Positions 30,945 through 41,566 of a stretch of DNA of 64,000 bases are shown here, one piece after another; the stretch's first letter is position 1; every line of letters begins with the position of its first letter. A program made the translations under genes and the position numbers. The notes beneath the pieces were generated by a model that did not search any database, had not been told where the DNA came from, and saw only the letters and a list, made by a program, of their open reading frames with translations. Source of the stretch: an uncultured Flavobacteriaceae bacterium (GTDB lineage Bacteria > Bacteroidota > Bacteroidia > Flavobacteriales > Flavobacteriaceae); assembly GCA_963836885.1 (NCBI GenBank), contig CAWILF010000027.1, positions 4,277 to 68,276 on the forward strand, in the 5' to 3' direction.

Positions 30945-30985
30945 AAAACCTCCTTAATTTCTTCAAGAAACTAAGGAGGTTTTTT
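30945..30985 (+). terminator. Intrinsic terminator
   Basis: AAAACCTCCTTA / TAAGGAGGTTTT inverted repeat. Confidence 0.8.
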
Positions 30986-31186
30986 ATCATTTATACTCTG
31001 AGTAAATTCGGTAATTAGTTGATTATAAGAGACCATCAAAGTCTTTACCCATGACCGTTCATACTTTTCGAAGAAAAGTTCCCTCCAGTAAAAGAGTCTT
31101 ACGTCCTAAGTCAAAAACCGTCAGATTTTCCATCTTTAACCAATTGTCGATCGTCAAGAAGTCTGTTGTCACTTAACTGTAATGAC

Positions 31187-31723
31187 CTAACTCTCTTTTT
31201 TAGCAAGATGCCCATAAGAACTCAATAATTTTTGAACCTTGGGATCGATAATCATGCGACAATAACCCTGTTGGCGGTTTTGATTGTAATAATCATCGTG
31301 CTCGATTTCTGCTCTATAAAAAGCATCGACCATCTTAATTTCTGTAACTATTGGGTCTTTGAAAGTATCAGTTGCGTCCAGTTCTTGTACAAAATCTGTA
31401 GCGATTTGTAATTGCTCCTCGTTGAGTGTGAAGATCGCGCTGCGGTAATGAGTTCCTACATCATAACCTTGCTTATTCAACGTGGTCGGATCGTGGGTTG
31501 CCATAAAAACCTCCAATAAATTACGGTAACTCACGACATCTGGATCATAGGTCACTTCTACTGCTTCAGCATGACCCGTTCTACCTTGCACAACTTCTCT
31601 ATACGGTGGGTTTTTTATGTGACCGCCACAAAATCCTGACTGTACATGGCTTACTCCTTTTACTCTTTGAAAAACTGCCTCTGTACACCAAAAACAGCCT
31701 CCCGCAAATATTGCCTTTTCCAT
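31187..31723 (-). CDS. msrA: Peptide-methionine (S)-S-oxide reductase
   Basis: GGCFWC, TGHAE and HDPTT motifs. Confidence 0.96.
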   Translation of the reverse strand: MEKAIFAGGCFWCTEAVFQRVKGVSHVQSGFCGGHIKNPPYREVVQGRTGHAEAVEVTYDPDVVSYRNLLEVFMATHDPTTLNKQGYDVGTHYRSAIFTLNEEQLQIATDFVQELDATDTFKDPIVTEIKMVDAFYRAEIEHDDYYNQNRQQGYCRMIIDPKVQKLLSSYGHLAKKES

Positions 31724-31829
31724 CTTTTTTAATAAAGATAATTCAAGGAAATAGGACGGTCAGCTTATTAACAAGGCTTTAATTAAAAGAACTGTTAAAC
31801 TCCCTAATTTTGCAGCCGATTAAAGGTTC

Positions 31830-34274
31830 ATGAGGAAATTAGTTGTTTTAGGTGTTTTTGTTGTTCTTGCTTTCGCGAAAGCGTACTCCCAAAAATCAAC
31901 TTTAAAAATTGAAAGAAAATCCTATCAGGCCACCAGAGTAACCGACAAACCTGTCATCGATGGACGGCCATTTGAGGCATTTTGGGACGATATTCCCACA
32001 GGCGGAAATTTCATTATGGTGGAACCCAGAAATGGCGAGCCAGAGAAGGAAACACACAAAACCAAATTCAAGATAGCCTACGATGACCAGGCACTCTACG
32101 TCGCAGGTTTTATGTACGATAACGAGCCAGAGCGCATCTTGCGACAGTTCTCACAGCGCGATCAGATAGACCAGCAAGCAGATTTATTTGGCCTTTTTAT
32201 CAATACCTATAACAATCAGATCAACCAAACGCGATTTTTTGCAACCTCTGGAAATGCACTGGGAGATGCAAACGTGGAAGGAAACCGGGAAGATTTTAGT
32301 TTTAACGTGGTATTTTTATCTGAGGCAAGTATAGATAATAAGGGCTGGTACGTGGAGATGAAAATTCCCTACCGCACCTTGAGGTTTCCAGAGAAAAAAG
32401 TACAGGACTGGAGTTTTCAAATATTCCGTAGGATCAAGCATTTGAACCAGGATTACTCCTATAATTACATTGACATTACAAAGGGAAATGGAACCCAATA
32501 TGACGCATTACTCACGGGAATACAGGACATAGACCCACCGTTGCGCCTCAATCTCTATCCCTATGCGTCCTTTATCAATGATAATTTTGATGGTAAGACT
32601 ACCAATGCGATCAACGCGGGACTCGACCTTAAATATGGCATAAGCGACGCATTTACTCTGGATGCGACCTTGATCCCAGATTTTGGCCAGGCGGCTTTTG
32701 ACCAGGTAGAACTCAATCTGGGGCCTTTTGAACAGACTTTCAATGAAAATAGGGCTTTTTTTACCGAGGGAACAGACCTCTTTGATAAGGGAGATATATT
32801 TTTCTCGCGACGCATAGGACAGACTCCGACAGGTGCAAGTTCTATTGAAACCCTAGAAAACGAGGATATTATTGACAATCCATCAACCGCCCAACTGATC
32901 AACGCCTTGAAGTTGACCGGCCGCACAGATGGAGGTCTGGGAATAGGAGTCCTCAACGCAATTACTGAAAAAACCGAGGCGACCATTCTCAACAGCAATG
33001 ATAATTTCACTAGAAATGTGACCACAGAGCCGTTGACCAATTATAATATGCTGGTGCTGGACCAACAATATGGATCCAATTCTTCCCTTGCTTTTTCAAA
33101 TGCCAGCACGCTGCGCAACGGTAATTTTACCGATGCAAATGTCTCTGCCCTATCGCTCAACCACAACAATAAAAAGGCAACCGATAACTACCGGGTTGAA
33201 ACCAGAGTCTCCAATCGTTTTACGCCCACGGGAACTTCCACGGGTTATAATGCAGAGGCAAACTGGTACAGGACCGCAGGAAGATGGCGGCCACGACTGG
33301 GTGTTTTCATGGCCGATGAAAATTACAATCCCAATGACCTGGGAAGACAGTTTACCACAAATTATGTAACCGTCGCGGCAGACATGAACTACCTGCAACA
33401 AACCCAGCAGGGCATTTTTAACCGCTATGAAATCGCGCTGCGCATGAGACACCGCCGGGCGTTGACCCCAGGATTTCACACGGGAACGGAACTTAATCTA
33501 AATCCGTTTTTTATAACTAAGGAACGTTTTGCCTTCGGTGGGGATCTTGAGGTTTACACAGATCGCAAGGATCAGTTTGAGTCTCGTATTGAGGGTCAGG
33601 TCGTGCGGTATGCAGCAGGGTTTTTTACGGGAGGATTTATCTCCAGCGATTATAGGAAAAAATTTGCCATAGATTATAGAATGGGTAGGTTCAAGAGATT
33701 TGACGATCCTGAGGAAAGTTTTGATTTCAGGATAGCGCCGCGATATAGGTTTTCTGACAAATTTCTATTGTTGTATAGTTTAAACTGGAACAAAAACGAA
33801 AACCGTCTAAGCTACGTTACCCGCATCAATGGTGGAAATACCGCAATCTTGAGCGAGCGGGACACGCACTCTGTTGAGAACAGGATTACAGGCACGTATA
33901 ACTTTAACAATAGGCAGGCATTACGGTTATCCTTTAGGAATTTTTGGTCACGCGCATCATTTAGCCGGGACTACAGGGAACTTCAACTGGATGGACGGAC
34001 GATAGCCAGCGATTATGAAAGTGATGCCGACTCAAATCCAGACGCAAATTTTAATGTTTGGAATCTTGATCTTTCTTATCAGTGGCGCTTTGCACCTGGA
34101 AGTTTTGCAACCTTGTTGTATAGGAATTCCATCAACAATTTTGACAATCAAGGCCTGATTAGTTTTGAGGATAGTCTGGAAGATCTTTTTATGCAGCCAG
34201 CGCGGCACAACCTGTCCTTGAGAATAACTTATTTCTTTGATGTCAACAGTGCCAGTAGCTGGTTCAGTTCTTAA
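31830..34274 (+). CDS. DUF5916 / CBM9-like domain outer-membrane protein
   Basis: Signal peptide; LDATLIPDFGQ, ENRAFFTEG and FFSRRIG motifs. Confidence 0.82.
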   Translation: MRKLVVLGVFVVLAFAKAYSQKSTLKIERKSYQATRVTDKPVIDGRPFEAFWDDIPTGGNFIMVEPRNGEPEKETHKTKFKIAYDDQALYVAGFMYDNEPERILRQFSQRDQIDQQADLFGLFINTYNNQINQTRFFATSGNALGDANVEGNREDFSFNVVFLSEASIDNKGWYVEMKIPYRTLRFPEKKVQDWSFQIFRRIKHLNQDYSYNYIDITKGNGTQYDALLTGIQDIDPPLRLNLYPYASFINDNFDGKTTNAINAGLDLKYGISDAFTLDATLIPDFGQAAFDQVELNLGPFEQTFNENRAFFTEGTDLFDKGDIFFSRRIGQTPTGASSIETLENEDIIDNPSTAQLINALKLTGRTDGGLGIGVLNAITEKTEATILNSNDNFTRNVTTEPLTNYNMLVLDQQYGSNSSLAFSNASTLRNGNFTDANVSALSLNHNNKKATDNYRVETRVSNRFTPTGTSTGYNAEANWYRTAGRWRPRLGVFMADENYNPNDLGRQFTTNYVTVAADMNYLQQTQQGIFNRYEIALRMRHRRALTPGFHTGTELNLNPFFITKERFAFGGDLEVYTDRKDQFESRIEGQVVRYAAGFFTGGFISSDYRKKFAIDYRMGRFKRFDDPEESFDFRIAPRYRFSDKFLLLYSLNWNKNENRLSYVTRINGGNTAILSERDTHSVENRITGTYNFNNRQALRLSFRNFWSRASFSRDYRELQLDGRTIASDYESDADSNPDANFNVWNLDLSYQWRFAPGSFATLLYRNSINNFDNQGLISFEDSLEDLFMQPARHNLSLRITYFFDVNSASSWFSS
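31869..31882. repeat. Palindrome copy inside the signal-peptide c-region (LAFAKAYS-Q)
   Basis: Perfect 14-mer at codons 14-18. Confidence 0.95.
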
Positions 34275-34468
34275 AAATTGGAATGTGCATGGTCAGAAAT
34301 TTAAAACCTATCACAGATCTTGATTTTAATGGCACTCTTATCCCAAATTTTTTCCAGATGTATGTGATGCAAATGAAACAATAACCAATAATAACCGAAA
34401 AACAGATCGTTCACGGTAACAAAGTAAATGGCACCACCTACTTCAGTTAATAATCCTAAATTTGAACC

Positions 34469-35140
34469 ATGATTAAGGCAAGTAATATTTATAAGAGCTT
34501 TGGAGATCTCCAGGTCTTGAAAGGAGTCGATCTTGAGATCAAAAAAGGTGAGATCGTGAGCATAGTGGGCAGTTCTGGTGCTGGTAAGACGACATTGCTT
34601 CACATTCTGGGAACGCTGGAAACCTCAGATAAAAACCCAGACTCATCACTATTTATCAATGGAACTGATGTAAATAAACTCAATTCCAAAGAATTAAGTA
34701 GATTCCGCAACCGGTCTCTGGGCTTTGTATTTCAATTTCATCAATTATTGCCCGAGTTTACCGCGCTTGAAAATGTATGCATCCCAGCCTACATAAATAA
34801 TCAGGATCGAAAAACGGCCGAGAAAAAAGCCAAAGAACTTTTAAGCCTTTTGAAACTCTCCCATAGAACAAACCATAAACCTGGTGAGCTATCTGGCGGA
34901 GAACAACAGCGAGTCGCCGTCGCACGTGCATTGATCAACAATCCCAGTGTTATCTATGCAGACGAGCCCACGGGAAACCTGGACAGCAATACCGCGGACG
35001 ACCTTCATGAACTTATCTTCAAGCTGCGCGATGAACTCGACCAGACCTTTGTAATCGTGACCCATAACAACGAGCTGGCAGATCTTGCAGACCGCAAACT
35101 CACGATGTCCGATGGGATTATCGTTAACAGGGAACTGTAA
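34469..35140 (+). CDS. lolD: ABC transporter ATP-binding protein, LolD-like
   Basis: [34 protein letters not shown] and ADEPTGNLD motifs. Confidence 0.85.
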   Translation: MIKASNIYKSFGDLQVLKGVDLEIKKGEIVSIVGSSGAGKTTLLHILGTLETSDKNPDSSLFINGTDVNKLNSKELSRFRNRSLGFVFQFHQLLPEFTALENVCIPAYINNQDRKTAEKKAKELLSLLKLSHRTNHKPGELSGGEQQRVAVARALINNPSVIYADEPTGNLDSNTADDLHELIFKLRDELDQTFVIVTHNNELADLADRKLTMSDGIIVNREL

Positions 35141-35547
35141 TGAACGACCTCACACTTACCACTCCCACCCTGCTCTTTTCAGCTATTTCATTGATCATGC
35201 TGGCCTACACAAATAGATTCCTCGCCTATGCGGCAGTGGTTAGAGGCCTACATTCCAAGTATAAGGAAAATCATGATCCTACATTATTACGGCAGATCAA
35301 TAACCTTAAAACCAGGCTCAACCTTACCCGATATATGCAAATTTTTGGCATTTCCAGCCTTTTACTTTGTGTGCTGACCATGTTTCTAATTTACGTGAAT
35401 CAGTCGGAAGCAGCGATCTATATTTTTGGATTGGCTCTACTATTACTTATTATTTCGCTAGCACTATTAATCAAGGAAATTCAGATCTCCACACGGGCAC
35501 TATACCTGCACATAGGTGATATTGTGGAACATTTGAATAAAAAATAG
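35140..35547 (+). CDS. DUF2721 membrane protein
   Basis: TPTLLFSAISLIMLAYTNRF motif; translationally coupled (TAATG). Confidence 0.8.
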   Translation: MNDLTLTTPTLLFSAISLIMLAYTNRFLAYAAVVRGLHSKYKENHDPTLLRQINNLKTRLNLTRYMQIFGISSLLLCVLTMFLIYVNQSEAAIYIFGLALLLLIISLALLIKEIQISTRALYLHIGDIVEHLNKK

Positions 35548-35575
35548 GATTCCATCACTTACTCAAAATCAGGAT

Positions 35576-36346
35576 TTGAAAAAGTCAGAACTTAAAGAAT
35601 TTCTTGAGGAAAAGGTCGTCCAGTACAACACGCCCGAGTTTATACCTCACGATCCCATACAGATCCCGCACCAGTTTACTGATAAGAAAGATATCGAAAT
35701 AGCGGCATTTCTTGTGGCGACCATCGCCTGGGGCAATAGAAAATCCATCATCAATAATTCCAATAAGCTCATGGACCTGATGGATCGTTCACCCGCAGAT
35801 TTTGTGCGCAACCACAACGCGGCAGACCTTGAACGTTTTGAGGGATTTGTGCACAGGACTTTCAACGCGACTGACTGCAGGACTTTTATGCAGGCACTAC
35901 AATCTATTGAGTTGAATCATGGTGGTTTGGAGTCCGCTTTCGCGAAAGCGTATTCACGTTCCAACTTTCATCTACAACAAGGGATCTCAGAGTTTAAGGA
36001 CATCTTTTTTGAGGTGCCACATTTACAGCGTACCCAAAAGCACGTGAGCAGTCCTGCCAAAAAAAGTAGCGCAAAACGCATCAATATGTTCCTGCGGTGG
36101 ATGGTAAGGAAGGATAATGCGGGAGTGGATTTTGGGATTTGGCAATCGATCCCGCCCAGTGCACTTTCCCTGCCGCTGGACGTTCATACCGGTAATGTTG
36201 CTCGCAAGTTGAACATGATTTCTAGAAAACAAAATGACAGCGTGACGGTAGCTCTGCTAGATAAAGAACTGCGAAAAATGGATCCAGTCGATCCCGTCAA
36301 ATATGATTTTGCGCTATTTGGACTGGGAGCTTTTAAGGAAATTTGA
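35576..36346 (+). CDS. TIGR02757 / DUF2400 family protein
   Basis: DPIQIPH, KRINMFLRWMVR, PLDVH and DPVKYDFALFG motifs. Confidence 0.88.
   Translation: MKKSELKEFLEEKVVQYNTPEFIPHDPIQIPHQFTDKKDIEIAAFLVATIAWGNRKSIINNSNKLMDLMDRSPADFVRNHNAADLERFEGFVHRTFNATDCRTFMQALQSIELNHGGLESAFAKAYSRSNFHLQQGISEFKDIFFEVPHLQRTQKHVSSPAKKSSAKRINMFLRWMVRKDNAGVDFGIWQSIPPSALSLPLDVHTGNVARKLNMISRKQNDSVTVALLDKELRKMDPVDPVKYDFALFGLGAFKEI
35935..35950. repeat. Palindrome copy inside the TIGR02757 CDS (ESAFAKAYS)
   Basis: CGCTTTCGCGAAAGCG in frame. Confidence 0.95.
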
Positions 36347-36352
36347 GTTTAT

Positions 36353-36583
36353 TTAAATCCAGTCAAGAAAATCCTTTTTAGTCAATCCTAGTTGACGCAG
36401 ACCATTTTTAATAATAAATTCCGGAACAGGATCTACGTGTGATTGTATGGTGATGGGTCTCAATAAATCACTTCTGGACCAATGCTCATGACCGCCTTTC
36501 TTCCGATTGCAGGAACAGCCGTGTTCTATTAAAAAGTTTCTGTATAAATTGAGAGGTACATTTCTTAAATGCTGAGTTGACAT
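36353..36583 (-). CDS. hicA: HicA family toxin (mRNA interferase)
   Basis: 76 aa with a KGGH catalytic-His motif, followed by ITIQSH...IIKNGLRQLG. Confidence 0.8.
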   Translation of the reverse strand: MSTQHLRNVPLNLYRNFLIEHGCSCNRKKGGHEHWSRSDLLRPITIQSHVDPVPEFIIKNGLRQLGLTKKDFLDWI

Positions 36584-36589
36584 ATTAAG

Positions 36590-36973
36590 TTAATAAGCAA
36601 ATTCAATATCTTCCCGAGATACCTTGTAACTCTTATTGTTGACAATCTCATTATACAAAGGATTCATTGAGATCAAATCAGAGTCTTTGGGAGGGTTAAA
36701 TTTTGGTTTCTTTTTAGAACCCTTAATTTGCCAACCTAAGTCTTTAAGTACTTTGTCAAACGTTTTTTTATTATTGGTATAGCGTAAAAACTCATGTAGA
36801 GCTTCAGAAAAAGACTGTTGAGCTTCTTGAGCGCTATAACCATAACCGCTCAGATCTAACGCCGGAGAATAAACTATAGTAACATTATCTTCTTCAAATT
36901 CTATTAAAGATAGACCTACGTGATAAGTTCCATTACTAACATCAAAGTCGGCAGTCAAATGCAAATCACCCAT
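36590..36973 (-). CDS. hicB: HicB-like antitoxin
   Basis: VYSPALDLSGYGYSAQEAQQSFSEA resembles the HicB partial RNase H fold; lies directly upstream of hicA. Confidence 0.7.
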   Translation of the reverse strand: MGDLHLTADFDVSNGTYHVGLSLIEFEEDNVTIVYSPALDLSGYGYSAQEAQQSFSEALHEFLRYTNNKKTFDKVLKDLGWQIKGSKKKPKFNPPKDSDLISMNPLYNEIVNNKSYKVSREDIEFAY

Positions 36974-37166
36974 AAATAAAGTTTACTAAGATTTCAAATA
37001 TATATGAATTTTAAAAAACTATTGCTTTATAAAATTGTAAAAACAGCTAAGTCATTGCTTTATAATAATTTTTTGCTTTCATTGCCGCTTCATTTACCCA
37101 AAAAAGTAGGTTAGTGCTTACAAATTACATTCAATAAAGGTTATTTTTACCGTCAACCTTTATCCT

Positions 37167-38363
37167 ATGCCACCCATTACAACAACCATAGATCAAGAAG
37201 ATTATGATAAGCATGTCAAGTCGTATCGTTTCAACCGCAAAAAACACCGCACCCTTCAAGAACTCACCTGTCTAGCTACAGAGCTGACTGGCTGCCCACT
37301 TGCCCTCATTAGTATTAAGGAAGATGGAAATATCTGGTTCAAGGCACAGCATGGATTCCTGATAAAAACAAATGACGAGGTCAATTCATTGTTTCATAAA
37401 AACCTTGCTTCAGACGATGGAGTGCTTGAAATTGAGGATCTGAGCAAGGTACTAGATGATAGCTCACGCCAGATAGGTACTGAAAACTCCGTTGTTTACT
37501 ATGCTGGAGCAAGTCTCTTGAGCTCAAAAAAAATACCGATCGGTACTATTTCGGTCTTTGATTATAAGAACAAAAAACTAACAGACCGCCAGATCATCTC
37601 CCTGCGTACCATTGCAGATCTCATCGTGAAACAACTATTACTCAGAAAAAGAAACCTAGAACTTTCTGAAACCTCAAAATTGCTCAAAGAGAACAATGAA
37701 ATGCTTGCGCAGTTTGCTCACGTTGTGTCCCACGATATGAAAATGCCGCTGGCAAGTATGATCCTCACAGTAGATGTGATTAAGAAAAAGATCGATGAAG
37801 GTGCAAAAGAAGATAGTGACAAGTATTTGCACTTCCTTAAAGATAGCGCGTTCAACCTATCCAATTATATCGAGAACATCCTTTCCCATTATGAGAGTGA
37901 TAATTTATTGAAGGATGAAAAAGATGTGACCGATTGCTATACATTGTGTGAAAACGTGGCCGAGATCATCGCTTTGCCGCATGAAGTCCTATATACCTTA
38001 CCAGACGATAACCTGGTGATTACCTGCAACACCTCTGCACTTTCACAAATATTACTCAATCTAGTGGGCAACAGCCTTAAGTACAACGACAAGGAGCAGA
38101 TTGAAATAAAAATAAACGCAGTTGAGGATGATCAATATTACTATTTTCAAGTAATCGATAATGGAGTGGGAATCCCCAAGAAAAAACAAAAGGATATTTT
38201 TAAACTCTTTACAACCCTGGGAACTACGGACAGGTATGGAAAATCTGGAAATGGAATAGGATTGAGTACCGTTCACAAACTAGTGTCAAAAATGGGCGGA
38301 AAGATCAAGGTAAAATCCAAGGAAGGCGAATGGACAAAGTTTAAATTCACCATTTCTAAATAA
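37167..38363 (+). CDS. GAF-domain sensor histidine kinase
   Basis: GAF N-terminus, FAHVVSHDMK H-box, N-box, DNGVG and GNGIGL. Confidence 0.92.
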   Translation: MPPITTTIDQEDYDKHVKSYRFNRKKHRTLQELTCLATELTGCPLALISIKEDGNIWFKAQHGFLIKTNDEVNSLFHKNLASDDGVLEIEDLSKVLDDSSRQIGTENSVVYYAGASLLSSKKIPIGTISVFDYKNKKLTDRQIISLRTIADLIVKQLLLRKRNLELSETSKLLKENNEMLAQFAHVVSHDMKMPLASMILTVDVIKKKIDEGAKEDSDKYLHFLKDSAFNLSNYIENILSHYESDNLLKDEKDVTDCYTLCENVAEIIALPHEVLYTLPDDNLVITCNTSALSQILLNLVGNSLKYNDKEQIEIKINAVEDDQYYYFQVIDNGVGIPKKKQKDIFKLFTTLGTTDRYGKSGNGIGLSTVHKLVSKMGGKIKVKSKEGEWTKFKFTISK

Positions 38364-38420
38364 TGATTGCGCCGCAGTTGAAAGTCGGTTATCTTTGAAT
38401 GAGGAAAGCGATCTACCTGC

Positions 38421-40319
38421 ATGTTATTTAAAAACCCCAATCTTCTATACGCGCTATTTTTTCTAGCAGTTCCCATTATCATCCACCTTTTTCAACTAAG
38501 GAGATTCAGAAAGGTAGAGTTTACAAACGTTGCATTTCTTAAACCCTTAAAGGTACAGACCAGAAAAAGCCAGCTCATTAAAAGATGGTTGACCTTACTA
38601 ACGCGCTTACTGATAATCACCTGTTTGGTTTTGGCATTTGCACAGCCCTATCTACCAGCGGCGGATTATGAAGCTACTGAAAAACAGACGCTTATTTATC
38701 TGGATAATTCTTACAGCATGCAAGCCGTGGGAGAAAATGGCCCACTATTCTACGCTGCGGTAAATGAACTTCTCGACCACCTACCTCCCGATAAAAGCTT
38801 CTCCTTGTTTACAAATGACAAGATGTATTTGGAAACGACCAAAAAGGCGATATCCAATGACCTGCTCAAATCTGGTTACAGCAGTAAGTCCTTGACCTAT
38901 CCAGAGATTAAACTGAAAGCAGAAAGCATCTTCAAGGACTCAAAACTAATCAAGGAATTAGTACTGATTTCTGATTTTCAAAAATTTGAAGATAGAAACC
39001 TTCCTGAATTTTATAATTCGTTTGAGGTGAAAATGGTCAAGCTCATTCCGGAATCTACTCAAAATATAAGTATAGACAGCGTTTACATGAACCTCACAGA
39101 TGCCAAAAGACGCCTGAGTGTACAATTGAGTGCCAATTACTCCTCTGAGCTGCCGGTCACACTTACCTTAAAGAATAAGAATCTATTGATATCAAAAACT
39201 GCTGTTACTCTTGAAGACAAAGGAGCTATTGCATTTTTTGATCTTCCTGAAATGGACGAACTCAATGGTACGTTGAGTATTGAGGATCAGGGTTTGGAAT
39301 TTGACAATGATTTTTATCTCAGTTTTAACCAGGGTGAAAAAATCAAAATTCTTGCGATCAATGAAGCAGACGACAGCTTTTTGAAAAAAGTATATGCTGA
39401 TGATCTGTTCGAACTTACTTCAAACGATTATGATCAAACCAATTACAATTCCATCAAGGATCAAAATCTAATCGTTTTAAATGAGGTTACAACCATTCCT
39501 GCTGCCCTTGCTCTGGAACTGAATGCACTTTTACAGAATGGTGGTAAGATCGTTGTCATTCCTAATAAGGAATCGGGAAATTACAATGCCATTCTCAATA
39601 CGCAGTCTTTTGCGATGCTCGATAAATCAAAAAAGGTTACAAATATTAATTATGACCATCCATTATTTAAAAATGTCTTTAATAAAAAAGTAAGTAATTT
39701 TCAATATCCTTCGGTAGAATTTGCGACGGCTCCTTACTATGCCACTTATCCCATACTTACGTTTGAGGACGGCAGCAGCTTTATATATGAGAATAATTCC
39801 CGATATGTATTCACAGCTCCCATAAATCAGGAAACATCCAACTTTCAGAACTCGCCGATTATAGTTCCCATTTTTTACAATATGGCGATAAACAGCTTGC
39901 CATTACCCAGATTGTATAGTTATTATGATAGTTCGCAAGAAATTGCCATATCTGCTGTTGCGCAGGGAGATAAAGTTTTAAAGCTCGTCAAGGACGGTAT
40001 AGAAACCATTCCGTTACAAAGAGCCTACGATTCATATACTACGATCCAGACGGGTAGCGAGATCAGTCGTCCAGGAAATTATGAGGTAATGTCCAATAAT
40101 GAGACGGTTGGAACACTCAGCTTTAATGATAGACGGGATGAAAATAAATTGGAATATTATGCCATTGATGAGTTGGGTAGCAGCGCCTATACCACAGTTG
40201 GTAATTTATTTGATCAGTTAGCTGATGATGAAAAAATTGACACTCTCTGGAAATTATTTTTAATAGGTGCGCTGTTCTTCCTATTGTGTGAAATCCTTAT
40301 TCTTAAATTCGTGAAATGA
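38421..40319 (+). CDS. BatA N-terminal domain / vWA-like membrane protein
   Basis: PIIIHLFQLRRF...FTNVAFL...LAFAQP; LDNSYSM; C-terminal LW...CE TM segment. Confidence 0.85.
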   Translation: MLFKNPNLLYALFFLAVPIIIHLFQLRRFRKVEFTNVAFLKPLKVQTRKSQLIKRWLTLLTRLLIITCLVLAFAQPYLPAADYEATEKQTLIYLDNSYSMQAVGENGPLFYAAVNELLDHLPPDKSFSLFTNDKMYLETTKKAISNDLLKSGYSSKSLTYPEIKLKAESIFKDSKLIKELVLISDFQKFEDRNLPEFYNSFEVKMVKLIPESTQNISIDSVYMNLTDAKRRLSVQLSANYSSELPVTLTLKNKNLLISKTAVTLEDKGAIAFFDLPEMDELNGTLSIEDQGLEFDNDFYLSFNQGEKIKILAINEADDSFLKKVYADDLFELTSNDYDQTNYNSIKDQNLIVLNEVTTIPAALALELNALLQNGGKIVVIPNKESGNYNAILNTQSFAMLDKSKKVTNINYDHPLFKNVFNKKVSNFQYPSVEFATAPYYATYPILTFEDGSSFIYENNSRYVFTAPINQETSNFQNSPIIVPIFYNMAINSLPLPRLYSYYDSSQEIAISAVAQGDKVLKLVKDGIETIPLQRAYDSYTTIQTGSEISRPGNYEVMSNNETVGTLSFNDRRDENKLEYYAIDELGSSAYTTVGNLFDQLADDEKIDTLWKLFLIGALFFLLCEILILKFVK

Positions 40320-41566
40320 TACTTATAAAAAGAGCGACGGTCATCTGTGAATCTTCTCCTTATCATAACAAGGTAAAAGATATTCTTATTGAGAACGGCA
40401 GGATTAAGGAGATCGCAGATAAAATTGAAGGGAATAGCGCAACGATCATAGAACGGGAAAATCTGCATATAAGCATAGGGTGGATTGATAGTAGTGTGAG
40501 TTTTGGTACGCCCGGTTATGAAGAAAGACAAAATGTAGAAAACTCCATAAAAACTGCCGCGCTGGGTGGCTTTACATCAGTGATGCTCAATCCCAACAAC
40601 AGTCCCAATCCCGAGAATAAATCTGGTGTGAATTCAATAATGAGCTATTATAAAAATGACTGGGTCTCCATTCATCCCGTAGGTTCACTGAGCAAGGACC
40701 AAAAAGGAGAGCATCTTGCAGAGTTGTTTGATATGCACAACGCGGGAGCAGTTTCTTTTTATGACTTTAAGCATGATCTCAATAATGCCAATTTATTAAA
40801 AGTAGCTCTACAGTATTGCACCAGTTTTAATACCGTCCTACAATCCTTTCCCCAAGATGGCGACATCACTGGTAAGGGAATGGTAAATGAAGATGAAAAC
40901 AACATTCATCTGGGTATAAAATCCACTCCCGAAATTGCCGAAATCCTACGAGTTTCCCGAGATCTAACTCTTGTAGAATATACTGGTGGCAGATTGCACA
41001 TCCCAACGGTAACTACCGCAGCAGCGCTGCAACTCATAAAGGAGGCCAAAAAGAAACGTCTTAAAATAACCTGCTCCGTTGCGGCACACCATCTTTTATT
41101 AAATAGTAAATCGCTGGTAGATTTTGAAACCAATTATAAGGTACAACCTCCATTAAGGGATGAAGATGCAAGAAAAAAGCTGCATGAGTATGTAATGGAC
41201 GGTACAGTAGATGTAATCACCAGCGACCACACTCCCGTAACTATTGAATTAAAAAACGTAGAGTTTGAACATGCCGATTATGGAACAATCGGACTGGAAA
41301 GCTGTTTTGGAGTTGTTAACAAGCTGTTTGATATAGACAAGACCATCGAGCAGTTGACTAACGCCTACAAGACATTTAATCTCGACGCACCTCGATTGGA
41401 AATAGGTTCCACTGCGACTTTAACGCTGTTCGATCCCACTGTGGAATATGAGTTTAATACCTCACACATTCATTCAACTTCAAAAAACTCGGCCATGCTG
41501 GGCCAGCAACTTAAAGGAAAAGTCTATGGAACTATCAATGGCAATAACCACCATTTAAATGACTGA
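40316..41566 (+). CDS. Dihydroorotase-like protein lacking the metal-binding His residues
   Basis: AALGGFT, YKVQPPLR, SDHTP, GTIGLES and SKNS motifs; DSSVS replaces DxHxH. Confidence 0.8.
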   Translation: MILIKRATVICESSPYHNKVKDILIENGRIKEIADKIEGNSATIIERENLHISIGWIDSSVSFGTPGYEERQNVENSIKTAALGGFTSVMLNPNNSPNPENKSGVNSIMSYYKNDWVSIHPVGSLSKDQKGEHLAELFDMHNAGAVSFYDFKHDLNNANLLKVALQYCTSFNTVLQSFPQDGDITGKGMVNEDENNIHLGIKSTPEIAEILRVSRDLTLVEYTGGRLHIPTVTTAAALQLIKEAKKKRLKITCSVAAHHLLLNSKSLVDFETNYKVQPPLRDEDARKKLHEYVMDGTVDVITSDHTPVTIELKNVEFEHADYGTIGLESCFGVVNKLFDIDKTIEQLTNAYKTFNLDAPRLEIGSTATLTLFDPTVEYEFNTSHIHSTSKNSAMLGQQLKGKVYGTINGNNHHLND

